Below the pieces are notes generated by a model that saw only the letters and a program-made list of their open reading frames with translations, had not been told where the DNA came from and searched no databases. Source: Pseudovirgaria hyperparasitica (taxonomy: Eukaryota). From it: 32,236 nt of DNA. The position numbers were made by a program, and so were the translations under genes. Numbering within the stretch: position 1 is the stretch's first letter; the number at the start of each line of letters is the position of its first letter. Positions 11,301 through 22,518 of the stretch are shown in pieces. Location: assembly GCA_010093815.1 (NCBI GenBank), contig ML996571.1; one strand, written 5' to 3'.

Positions 11301-14300
11301 TGCATATGAGATACGGCCTGCATGCGACGAGCCTGATGGGATCTCGCTTCGTGTTGTGTCCAATGCTGCAGTTCCGATCTTGTAACGTGCAGGAGTACCA
11401 TTTCTGGATCAGCGCAGAGCCGCGATGCTGTGCCGCCGGCCAAGTTGACTTATCGATAGGTTGACGATCCAGCTGCCAGGCGCACGGCACCGATCTGATT
11501 ATGAGGGTGTTGCCATGCACAATGACTGTACTCCCAAGCACAAACGTACACGATACATTCTCGTGTTTTCTGCTGACGTACTTGCCGTGCCGCCCACAGC
11601 TTGATCAGGCCATTACGGATACCGATTCCGTCAATATCGGATTTTGCATATTCGCTTCTCAGGGCATAAGGGCGTCGGAAGTACAATACATGGCTTGCGC
11701 ACCCAAGAGGCGTGGGAAAGCCATGCTCATAATGGCAAGACCTCAATGCTCCGCCTGTGGAATACAAGCGCATCGCAAATGCAACTGAGTCACGACTCGA
11801 CCGCAGGCCGTCGTCGTTGACGTGTACATACATATCTGGCTAAGCCTGAGGCAGAACTGCTGAGCCTCGGCGACCTTGTTCTAGCTTCCCCCCGGTCCCC
11901 TGGCATGGCATGGATGTGATGTCGTAGCAATAAGATCTCCCGGCTATTATGATATTCTCCGGTGTGGTACGCTGCGCTTATGTGCATTCTCGTATTCATC
12001 CCAAAATGCATGCATAAATACATATGTATACAGTCCATTGCGCCGGGGCGGGGGCGGTCTCTCTCACTCGAGTCACAGCTCATTGCATGGCATTCGCATC
12101 GCATCGCAGCTCACGCCCACGAGCAATACTCTTGCATAGCACGGTTCTCCTTTCCCGCCCCCGGCACCCCCAATCCACGCATTTCAGCTCACCAGGCCCT
12201 CCATTTATCACGACGTCGGGTACTACGGTAAGCACGCATAAAGTAAAGGCTCGTTTCAATGCGAACGAAGACAAAATCTCAGCAACGCCATTGTGCCATG
12301 CCATACAACGTACCAACACTCATGCCATGATGCCATGCCACGCCCACAGCCGCAACGCACGCACACCACAGACACGAGCGAAGAACACAGATCCGAGAGA
12401 GTTGAAGCACGCAATCGCTTACACTCATCATCAACACATGGCACAATTCGCCGCCCCATTTCCCCCTCCTCCCTCCCAACAGTGCCACGATGCTGTGATG
12501 CGTATGCCCTCGTATATGCTACGCCCGCGTGGCACACAATAACCTGTAGTATCACATCGCGTGCGCGTTCAATACTCAAACCGCCCCCGGGTACATGCTA
12601 CGTACTGTGTGTATGTATGTATCGGACAATATAATTCCACGCACGACACGGCACGGCACGGCAAGCGAGCGCCGCAGCACGCTCTGAGTTGGTCTGTATG
12701 CTGACGCCAAGGGTGTCCGTGGGCATGTTTGTGTAGGTATCTATTTCATCGAAGCGACGGCGAGGGGAAGGGGGCTGATTACTATGTGCAAGAGGGATTA
12801 GATGAATCAATGGATGGATGAGGCGGCATTTAATCGGGTCGGGGATGTCTTTGAGGAAGGCAGATGTTGGATAGAGGGACAGGTAGACACGTAGACAAGT
12901 GACAGACAGATGACAGACAGATAGACACGGCGAACGTGGAGAAGAACGGAAGGAAGGCAGGAAGGATGCTCGATCATGCATGTATGTACCAAGGTTTGTA
13001 TGCAAAAATTTTGCTTGCTTGCATGGCATGTCATATGTACAGTTGGGCAAGCGGGTTACTAATTAGATGAGATTCTGGGGGAACGCCGATGCGGTGTTTG
13101 TATATCCTGTACTTGGGCTCACTCTCGTCCACAGCGAAATCTTGCAAGCGGCAGGGACAGGCATGCAATACTTTCTTTCGAAGCTTCCCTCCTGCTGGAT
13201 TCTCGAGCGAGATCCGCCCGTGCTGACTTCTGGTGGGTTCCTTGGGCAGGGCCAGGTTCCAAGACGGCGCTGGAATCCCGAGGGCGGGTGACACCGCAGC
13301 AAGGAGTCAATATTGGAAACATAATACGCGCAAGTTGCAGATTCCTGGTATTAGTGGTGTTTGTTGAAGAGATCGGGCTGCGATCTGGTGTGGATCTCGA
13401 TGTGGGTGTGGAATGAATGAGTGCATCCATGGCGTGTGTTTGCATGGGCGTCGCGCGCTGCTGGGTCTCTCTCTCTCTCTCTATCTCGCTGGTCCACTCC
13501 TCTGCATGATGACCAACTATGAGCACCACTGGGCCTGGCACTGGCACCACCACATGAACGGATGTTATTTGTGAGAATGTGGTCTAGTCGCTTTGGTGTT
13601 AGGCTCAGGGCAGTCGATTTAGAGTTGCTGATCATGGCTGGCGAGGCGCTGGCTGATTCATTGCTTTGACGGGCGCCAAACTATGCTTCCCCTCGCAGCA
13701 TTAGGGCCTTCTTGCATCCCTCCGCTCTACTACCACCCCCCCCTCCCCCTACATTCTCTACCCCTTGCCTCGCGTCCCTCGGAAACATCAGGGTGGCCCC
13801 TGTTCGAGCCTGTGTGGGGAGCATCGCTCACCCTTGTAAAGAATGTTTTCGCGGTTTCCATCAAACACTGACCTGGCGAATCTTCTTGGCGACCACTTTC
13901 GTCCTTCTTTCCGTACCGTTTCTATCCTCGGCTCGAGACCCATGTGGTGCATCGTCTTGTCCGTCTAACCGCTATCGGAAGAATGCAGTCCATTTCTTGC
14001 TTCATCGGGCAGTCATATGGAAGACCGTGGAGAAAACTTTGCAAGAGGTGCATAGTAATAACCAGGTCCCAAATCTCACATTTCCAGGGTGTGTACATCA
14101 TGTCGTGTTCTTGTCGGCTAAAGGCTGACCATCTCGTCATTTTCGACTTCGATGTCGCTTTCACATTGAGTTTATGCGAGTCACGGAATCTCTTCAAACA
14201 ATAGCCAAGCCACAGTCGGTAACCGGGTAATCTATTCAGATCGGTACTCTTTGTCTAAACAGGGACGCCCTCCTAGGAACTTGCTAATCACCTCCACACA

Positions 14301-14318
14301 ACATTTGCATACCCGGTT

Positions 14319-15356
14319 TCAGCGTAGACCACGAATGCTAGACAGCAAGGCTACATATTCTCCAAATTGCGGACTGAAGCTTTGATAATAGGCTGAGTCT
14401 AGGGATGTCAAGAAAACATGACCTGTCAGTAGCTGCAAGTGATCGGCCAAACATTTTAGCGATTCTTCGGTGATATCTGGCAAAGAGTGGACTAGTGATA
14501 CCAGGTTGCGCTTGTTGTAGTTCAAATCATCAAGCTGATGCGAGATTCCCATCTCCATCCAGGCTGAATAGGTTTGCTCAAAGACGACTGTCAGATCTGC
14601 ATATGCCATGTACCGCTGGTCAGGAATATAGCCGGGATTGTGCACTGCTGCTTTGTGAGCACTCAAACCACGCAGTCGATTCTCAAGCGCGCATTTTCAA
14701 TCTGCACATGCGACAGCGTGCTGGTGGTACATGCTGACCCACGAAGCCTGTGAAATAGATTGACTGACCAACAAAACTCTCTCCGAAGCCGTCTGACTCT
14801 TGTACGGCAGTAGAGACAGCTTGCATGTACGCATCGGCGTTTGCATCGTAGTGAGTAGGTGTCTCGTCGAAAAAGACGCCGTCCATGGTCATGTTCGCAC
14901 TCTTCTCCGCCCAGGCGGCGTACATGGCAATCTCAGCCAGAGTGAGATCCAGGGCTTTGCTTCCATAGTCGGTGGCGACGTAGCCTAGAGTCCGAACGTT
15001 GTCAAACTCATTCAACTTTGGAATCTCTCGTGTATAGTTCGCGTCTGGTAGCGCGCTGCTGCCAGGACCCTAGATTGGCTGACTTAAGTAACATTACAGA
15101 GGTGCATTGGGGCCGCGGCCCACACACACAGGGGGGAGGGGGTGCCGCACTCACGGAATGAGGGTTGACCACCACGGTAAAATCCAGGTCAGGATACTGC
15201 CAGGCGCTGCGTACCATATATCGTCAGTGTCATCCGCCCAAACAATAGCCTGAAGCTGGAGGGTAGATTGAAACCATACGCTTGGTACAACTGGTCCCAC
15301 GCTCCGGGGTTGGGATAAATGTATAGCGGAACAAAAACAGATGGAGGAGGCGCCAT
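14319..15356 (-). CDS. sph3: Spherulin-4 family alpha-1,4-N-acetylgalactosaminidase Sph3 (GH135), ~251 aa; exons 15356-15280, 15206-15155, 15069-14769, 14644-14319
   Basis: Motifs VPLYIYP, FTVVVNPHSGPG, LGYVAT, DGVFFDE, VHNPG, TVVFEQTY assemble in frame across three GT-AG introns (15279-15207, 15154-15070, 14768-14645). Confidence 0.9.
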
Positions 15357-16149
15357 GATGACCAGCGACCGGCCGCAAAGTAACCATTCGAAGTCAGTGA
15401 TGTCTTTGGCGGCAGTGATAGACACTCACTTACTACCTAGTGATGTACGAGTAAGAAATGCAAAGTCTGACCGGATAATTGATGTCGGACTAGACCGAAG
15501 TGGGACCGACCAGTTAAAGCGAGGGCGCGTGCGCCGTTTCAAGATATCGTTCAGCACGAAAGGGGCTAATACGTGCTATAGACCACCTTTCAAGCGGGTA
15601 CCGTTCAACGCGAGGTAAAAAGTAGCAACTCTGTTGATTGATCCAGAATCTAGATGCTGATATTCAGCTTATAACCGGGTCGATTCGAAGGCAGCTAGGA
15701 TTGTCGGATCAGCTATTCTGCCAGACTATTCTGGGATGGAGGTTCCGAGTTACAAATTGTTTTTTAATTCAAACGGAACGTGAAGCGCAGATGCCAAGTA
15801 AATAAAGCCACAAGAATAATAGCCCAGTCGGCCTGTGACCTGTGACTAGGGGGGAGGGGGGCTCTAGTCAGTGAATGCTTGCGAGCCCCCTGGTGGAGAG
15901 GGTCGAATTCCAGTCCAGCCAGGACTGTTTTGACAGCCTGCCACAATTCCATTCCATCGCCTACCTACTTGATGGTCCATGCAACATCCGATGCAAGCAC
16001 GCTATTACCGCGCGAACGACAGAATCCAAACCGTGAATACTCTTGCTGCGGAGCGATGCGGCAAGAATATTGAATGCTCGCTCTGACGCTGCCACTGTGC
16101 CTGTTCCCGTCCGGGTGCCTGTGCGTTGGTACAACATCACACTTTTTAG

Positions 16150-16181
<32 letters not shown>

Positions 16182-16366
16182 CCTGTCCTCATCCGCACTA
16201 CCTTTGCCTACATCAGCCCATATACAGAACATCGTTCCTCCAACCTCTATCTTGCAACCGTAAATCCTTGCATTCTCTCGGGGTCCCAGCAATATCAGTC
16301 TTTTCCATACCTTTCGCCATATTCTCTACGGCCGATAGCCTCAAGAATTTCCTGGTCGTCCTATTA
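15357..16366. promoter_or_regulatory. Divergent sph3/uge3 promoter region (~1 kb)
   Basis: Lies between the two start codons of head-to-head genes; contains a (TA)15 tract followed by a pyrimidine-rich leader toward uge3. Confidence 0.7.
16151..16180. repeat. (TA)15 microsatellite
   Basis: Perfect 30-bp TA run read directly. Confidence 0.97.
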
Positions 16367-17737
16367 ATGGCTACCTACACCTTGTCCGGTGCATCGTCTC
16401 CGGCTCGATCGCTATCCTCTTTGTCCATTTCCAGTGACGGAGACGTCGGCACACCAGATACTCAACGGTCTGTGATTTTTGATGAAGACGACGCGATCAC
16501 TGACCCTCTCGATGTCGAGACTGATAACCGGAATTATATTTTGGTCGTTGGAGGACTTGGATACATAGGATCCCATACCACCCTCGAGCTTCTCAAGGCC
16601 AACTATAACGTCATCGTAGTCGACGACTTGAGCAACTCATATCGCGATGTACTGGACCGGGTTTCACATTTGGCTTCTGTCCACTTCAAGGCCTGCGGGT
16701 TACCAATGCCAGCACTCAGATTTCACAATTCCGACTACCGCGCTCCGACAATGCGTGCTCTTCTCTCGAGTTATGGATCGTATATGGTAGCCGATAACTC
16801 TAGCGGAGAGCAGACATTGAAGCAGGTGTCAAGAATCACTGGCGTTATCCACTTCGCAGCTTTCAAATCCGTCGAGGAGAGTATCCAGAAGCCCCTGGCG
16901 TATTACATGAACAATGTGTGCGGCATGGTTGACTTCCTTGCTCTTCTACAGGAGTTCGGTATCCAAAACTTCGTCTTTTCCTCTTCAGCAACTGTGTACG
17001 GCGAGGCCGCAAATAGGGGAGTACCGCTAAAGGAAGAGCACATGGTCTTGCATACCGAAACCTATCTCAACGACTCCGGTTTCGAACAGACTCAAAGCCC
17101 CGGGTCCATGGGGTTGACTTCGCCTTACGGACGGTCCAAGTATATGTGCGAAGCAATCCTGGCAGATATTGCCAAAGCTGATCCTTCGTGGAAAATCACA
17201 GCTCTGCGATATTTCAACCCTGTTGGGTGTCACAGCTCCGGGCTTCTGGGCGAAGACCCACGACAAAAGCCAACCAATTTGATTCCAGTCGTAGCAACTG
17301 TTCTTACTGGTCAGAGACCCGTTCTGAGCGTCTTTGGAACTGACTGGGAGACCTCAGACGGTACTGCTGTTCGGGACTTCATCCACGTGCAAGACCTCGC
17401 ACGAGGGCACATCGCCGCATTGGCCGCTTCTGCGAATGGTGTAGTGAAAGAACCATACAGAGCCTACAACCTGGGAACAGGACATGGCCACAGCGTCCGA
17501 GAGGTTGTTGCTAGCCTTGAGAACGCATCCAGTCGACATATTCCCGTGCAAGAAGTTGGCCGCCGGGCGGGTGACGTTGGCTCATGTGTTGCTCGAGTTG
17601 ACAGAGCTGAGCGTGAGCTCAGCTGGAAGGCCGAAAAGACTCTTGCGGACTGTGCGGTCGATGTCTGGAACTTCACAAAGGGTCGTTGTGAGAAGCCGGT
17701 TATCCTACGGACGGATTCCGGCATCGCGATGAAATAA
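16367..17737 (+). CDS. uge3: UDP-glucose/UDP-GlcNAc 4-epimerase Uge3, 456 aa, intronless
   Basis: First ATG of ORF 16043-17737 is at 16367. Rossmann GGLGYIG, HFAAFKSVEES, FSSSATVYG, YGRSK (YxxxK), LRYFNPVG, DGTAVRDFIHV, RRAGDVGSC; Ser/Asp-rich N-terminal extension; cluster context. Confidence 0.94.
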   Translation: MATYTLSGASSPARSLSSLSISSDGDVGTPDTQRSVIFDEDDAITDPLDVETDNRNYILVVGGLGYIGSHTTLELLKANYNVIVVDDLSNSYRDVLDRVSHLASVHFKACGLPMPALRFHNSDYRAPTMRALLSSYGSYMVADNSSGEQTLKQVSRITGVIHFAAFKSVEESIQKPLAYYMNNVCGMVDFLALLQEFGIQNFVFSSSATVYGEAANRGVPLKEEHMVLHTETYLNDSGFEQTQSPGSMGLTSPYGRSKYMCEAILADIAKADPSWKITALRYFNPVGCHSSGLLGEDPRQKPTNLIPVVATVLTGQRPVLSVFGTDWETSDGTAVRDFIHVQDLARGHIAALAASANGVVKEPYRAYNLGTGHGHSVREVVASLENASSRHIPVQEVGRRAGDVGSCVARVDRAERELSWKAEKTLADCAVDVWNFTKGRCEKPVILRTDSGIAMK

Positions 17738-18272
17738 TCACCTTTATCTCTTCTTTGTGTTTCTATCTTCTATCTCTTCTTTTCTGTCTTGCGAGCATAT
17801 GCATTGAGTGCCGATCAAAAGGACTAGCATTATTGAGCATTTCTAGCGGGCGTTCAGCAATATTCTGGAACTTTCGCTCTTGTTTTGAACAAATGATGTA
17901 TTAGAGATTTGATTCTCACACAGAGACGACATAATAGACATTTAGGCTAGCGTGCCCTCCATATGAGAACCCTGGAATAAAGAATTCCACACTTGTCGTT
18001 GTTCTTATCAGCGTGAAAGTGCGTTGCCTTACAAGTTCGAGACCAGCATCAGATCCGCTGTTAGCAGTCTGCTACCACGTCAGACCTGGATGGATACCCG
18101 ATCAAAGGTCTCGGTATTGCGTTCATTATCGTCGGTCAGGCGCGGTCATGCTTCCCCTGTATTCTAGCTGGCGTTACTAGTCGCTGCTATGGAGGCTTGA
18201 AGACTCCACAAACATTTCGATTGACCATTCTCCCGGCTATAGTGAACGGGTGGGCTGACAGTACGGATGCGA

Positions 18273-18314
18273 GATTCTGGATGCTGGATTCTGGATGCTG
18301 GATTCTGGATGCTG
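18273..18314. repeat. 14-bp tandem repeat GATTCTGGATGCTG x3
   Basis: Three perfect copies read directly, in the uge3-TF intergenic region. Confidence 0.9.
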
Positions 18315-19152
18315 GAACACCACCTGGTAGGGTATAACGCTTATCTAGGCTACTGAGAGGTAGGTTGTGTAGATTTGAGGCTCACGATAAACTCCTCGAC
18401 CCTATAGAGGAGTATGCAAGAATCAGTCGAAGCGAGGGTATCGAGACTGTGAAATTCAACCTGAACTACAGCTATGTCGCAAAGTCTCATCTGAGATGGT
18501 CGAACATGGCGTGCCAGCTACGACATATATGGCTTACCACTCAGGACCGCGATATAGTCCTGAACATTGTGGTGTACCCACACAGCTGCTGGGCCCACGG
18601 TCAGTTGGCTTTTCTGGCGAGCTATTATAGCACACTTAAGACTTTCTATGTACGACAGTAGTGATACAGGCACAAAGATCCGATGGTCGTGTGGAGGGGA
18701 TGACAGAACCGTGACTCAATCTACCTTAGTCATTATTTACTAATATAATCCACTACTTTCCGTACCCAAACGCTTGGTATTCCTTCTGCAAGATCTATTA
18801 CTCGGCGGGCCTACGGTTCGAGACTTCGAGCTGCACTTAATGGAATTAAAATGTAGTCTAGATGTCCGATACATGATGGAAATGGAAAAAGGGTTGGGCA
18901 GAGGTTTGGGCAAGTCGAGCCAAATGCTTCCATTCTCCATCCATTCACGTGGTAGCACAATTGTTTCAAATAACTTCTGTCCTCCCTTACCGCTCGTCTG
19001 CGTCTTTCTTCTTATACTGCAACAAGCTTTTATCTCATTCTCACCAAACCTCCATCGGTTCCCGTCTCCTGTCAATCCAGAACCTTTCAACATTGCAAAG
19101 CATACCCCCTGTACTAAGCCTTGTATGTGTCGTGCCGACCACCGTCCGTGCC

Positions 19153-21366
19153 ATGGACACCGACCTCTCCACTCAGAACGATGAGATCGTCTTCAGTTCT
19201 ACCGCTTCGTGGTCCTGGGATGGAAACAATGACGAGCACGATTCTTTGTCAAACAACGGGCTCGCAAACCAATATCTACCTGATGGGCAGTCGTCGAAGA
19301 CCAGGAATAGCGGCCCTAGTCCACCGGCGGCCAATAGGGCTTCCGTATCAGTGGCTTGTGTTTCTTGCCGAAGCCGCCATCTAAAATGTGATGGTATGTA
19401 GGACCGAATTGTGAGAGAAATAATGTATCTAATCTATTCCCAGGTGGAAGCAGATGCTCTCGATGCAAAGCAGATGGAACCGAATGTTCATATGTGAAAT
19501 CTCGCCGTGGTTGGAAAGGCCCGCGGCGATCCAGGCTACAACATCAACCGAACAACACTGGTGAGTAGGGCAGGCCTAGGGAACGCTCTGTTCTCCCAGT
19601 CGTCTACACTGCATTGCCGTAGGTTCCCTGACTTTTATCTTTATGTAGGTCTTGTGTCGCCGAATCCTTCGATCTCTAGGCAACTGCCTGCAGCTAGCGA
19701 ATATGCTCTTGTGGCTTCACCCTCCTCAACTCTTCTGGGCATCACAGCATTGTCAGGTAGGGAGCTTGTCTCTGTGAATGGCCTCAGAACATCTGAATCT
19801 CCCTCAACTTCGGAACAAGTCATTCCATTCTGCCACCACAAGGCCACTTTGGATGAGCATTTATCGCGGCCGGCCATCAAGCAGTACTACGACACCTTCG
19901 CTCCAGCTCATCCAATTTTACCACATCGGGAGCTGACAGCCGAGCTCATACAGAGACATGGGCTGAAACACTTGGAGGTAGCAATGCAATACGTTGCTTG
20001 TCGTTACGTGTTTCCATCTGAGAGCGAAAAGCTCAAGAACGAGCTAGGACTGTTGTTCTCCAATGGAGATCCACCTCGTGATGGCTTCACGGTGCAAACT
20101 CTTATTTTATTTGCAATAGGCTTGCATGCCAACGATGAGCCGGCTCGTGCACTGGAGGCGCTGGACATGGCGATCTCAATTGCGATAGAAATTGAGATGA
20201 ACTACGCTCGATTTTCGACAAGCGCAGGTGATGGGGACAGGGTTCTCGAGGAGAGTTGGAGGAGGACCTGGTGGCAACTCTTCGTTCTAGATGCATTCTT
20301 TGCTGGAATCAACAAGAAATCAGACTTCAGATTGCGAATCGTCGAGACGGATGTGCCGTTGCCATGCGAGGAGAAAGAGTTTACTTCTTGCGTGAGTAGA
20401 CTTTCTCCACTCTGGATCTGTCCATACCCCCAACACGTCTGTCGTTTTCCTAAGTGTCCGTCAATTCGATTATATGTGATAGCTGCCACTATACCAGACG
20501 CCATGCGACTTGGATTTTATGGATGTCCAGGCGAACCAATACTGACTGTAATACCAGCGTATACCTCCAGGCCATACCGTGGACTCATTTGAGTCTGACA
20601 TTTTTTCGAATACCGACAAATGCTTCTCTTCCTTCGCCTACATGGTTCACGCAGCAAAGATCCTTGGTTCTGTACTACAGATCGATCCAAGCGGCGCAAC
20701 AGACAAAGTAGTGAATCAAGTTGACACTGCGCTTTCTGCATGGATGCTCAATCTTCCATGCTCTAAACGAGAGGTAATGTCCAGAAGTGAAACTGTGGAT
20801 GAGGTACTCCTCCAGGCTCAGATGATTATTGCCTGGTGAGCAAGCCCTAGCCCCTAGCCTTCACTACACCAGCACTGACACATGATAGCGCAAACATAAT
20901 GCTTCACCGTCCCCGTTCCGCCCTCGAAGTCGACCCGGTCGGCGATATTAAAACATGTGTAACTCCTGGTGAGTTTGTGGGCACGACACAAGCACGGGAG
21001 GTCCACACCGTGAAGGCCATAAAGGCGGCCGAAGACATATCCGACTTGATGAAACTGCCTTCACCACTGAACAAACGTTCTCCTTTCTTCACTTGTGCTG
21101 TCGTCATGGCGTCGGTAGTCCACCTCTCGTACTGGTCCTTCATAGTACCGGATGGTGAAGATCTGCCTATCAAAGATCTGATTCGACTAGACACAGGAGC
21201 CTTACGACACCTCTCTGAAATATGGCCGATAGCTGGTACCTGTCTTGGTCAGGTGAAGGGAGTTGCTCAAGAGATGTTTGCCTCGAAGAAAGCTATCAGT
21301 TTGCATACCTGGAAGAACATGCACGGCGAATTCCAGCATATGATAGATGAGACTGTCAGCAGGTAA
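19153..21366 (+). CDS. Zn(II)2Cys6 transcription factor with fungal middle-homology region, ~618 aa; exons 19153-19393, 19444-19560, 19649-20391, 20558-20835, 20889-21366
   Basis: Spliced CVSCRSRHLKCDGGSRCSRCKADGTECSYVKSRRG fits C-x2-C-x6-C-x5-C-x2-C-x6-C. MHR motifs YYDTFAPAHPILP, LEESWRRTWWQLFVLD, VPLPCEE, LHRPRS. Four GT-AG introns keep the frame (1857 nt total). Confidence 0.9.
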
Positions 21367-21999
21367 TATTGGTGTAATATTGCTTTAACTTTCAAGATGT
21401 TGTTAGTTTCTAGCAATGGGTATCAACATCGACTCAGTAGATAATACCGAATCTACAATCACATTTGCCTTGAATAGATCAAGATACTGTTATCACTATC
21501 TAGGAAGATGTGTCGTATTGTAGCAGCCTTTGCGTATATAACATCCAATGTTGAACTGCGCTCATTCCGTGATATACATTGAGGAGTCGCTTTACAGTCA
21601 ATGGCCTGGATTTCGACTGCAAGGTTACTGTACGGATGTCTGGTCTTGCACAGCCCTTTTTTGCCCGAATGACTGCGTGTGTAACAACGCCCACACCAAT
21701 TGTTGACGCCCATACAGCGTACTTTCATGTCAGGCAAGCATTCTCCCCTCATGAAGCCATGCGAATATGGAGTTCGTGTCTCAATTGTCCCACTACATGG
21801 CTAATGCGCCCCACGTGGCCTTCCATTGTGTTGTCTTCCTGCCGCTCCTCAGAGTGGTCTTCTAAGTGGTTCCAGCGTGGCCCATTCCCATTCTCATTTC
21901 GGAGTACAGCGCACTCGCGGCCAGTTTCACCCTCAGGGCAAGACCTTATGCAGTGCTCCAATATGCACATAGTAATCTAAGCGACTGGAGGCACAGGGC

Positions 22000-22321
22000 T
22001 TATGCGTCGCCATCTTGAACCTTTTGTATCTTGCGATATTCCTCTTCGAGTGCCTTTGACATGGCAAAATCGGCCGTACGCTCCCGTTTCAGACGTTGTT
22101 GTTCTAGATCACGGATGACACCTGCATGCATAGCCTGTTCATGTTAATGTTACCCTAATTGACCAAGGGTGCGGCGTCGAATTGCAGTATATTCGGACGT
22201 GATAACTGAAATGCGAAAGACGTACAGCTTTATCGTTCGTCTGAGCTTGGTGAACGAACACAACTATCCCGATTGCGCTCAGAGAGGTCAAAGCAAGTGT
22301 AACTTTGGATGCGGTTGACAT
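22000..22321 (-). CDS. PET117: Cytochrome c oxidase assembly factor Pet117, 76 aa; exons 22321-22226, 22134-22000
   Basis: MSTASKVTLALTSLSAIGIVVFVHQAQTNDKA / AMHAGVIRDLEQQRLKRERTADFAMSKALEEEYRKIQKVQDGDA*; intron GTACGT..AACAG (22225-22135). Confidence 0.9.
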
Positions 22322-22518
22322 TTTCGGTGCTTGTTGTTGGTAGGAAAAATGTTGCTACCTTGAGGGCATCAAGTCGGTGGTCGCTAGGAGCTTGGACCTT
22401 CCATCTGATAGCCAAGCTCTTACAGCGAGCACCCGCCGCAACGAACATCCACTTGGAGCCCACGTCAACGACAACGGCGTTTTTCTAGCAAGAGACCAGA
22501 TATCACGAACAAGCAAAT
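22322..22518. promoter_or_regulatory. Compact divergent PET117/VMA10 promoter (197 bp ATG to ATG)
   Basis: Distance between the two inferred start codons. Confidence 0.7.

Larger units (their letters stand above)
2072..17737. other. Galactosaminogalactan (GAG) exopolysaccharide biosynthesis cluster, partial (agd3-ega3-sph3-uge3; gtb3 not in window)
   Basis: Four consecutive recognisable genes match the A. fumigatus GAG cluster families in the same order, with sph3 and uge3 divergent. Confidence 0.92.

Noticed and set aside
8592..14204. Numerous 60-170 aa ORFs in the ega3-sph3 spacer
   Set aside because: Overlapping on both strands, mostly non-ATG starts, His/Cys/Arg composition typical of non-coding DNA; no family recognised.
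1..16366. SomA-type GTACTCCGTAC element reported for A. fumigatus GAG promoters
   Set aside because: No full match seen by eye; only a partial TACGGAGT at ~68.
16043..16366. 108-aa N-terminal extension of Uge3 in the ORF track
   Set aside because: Starts at TTG and reads through the (TA)15 tract (YIYIYI); the first ATG is at 16367.
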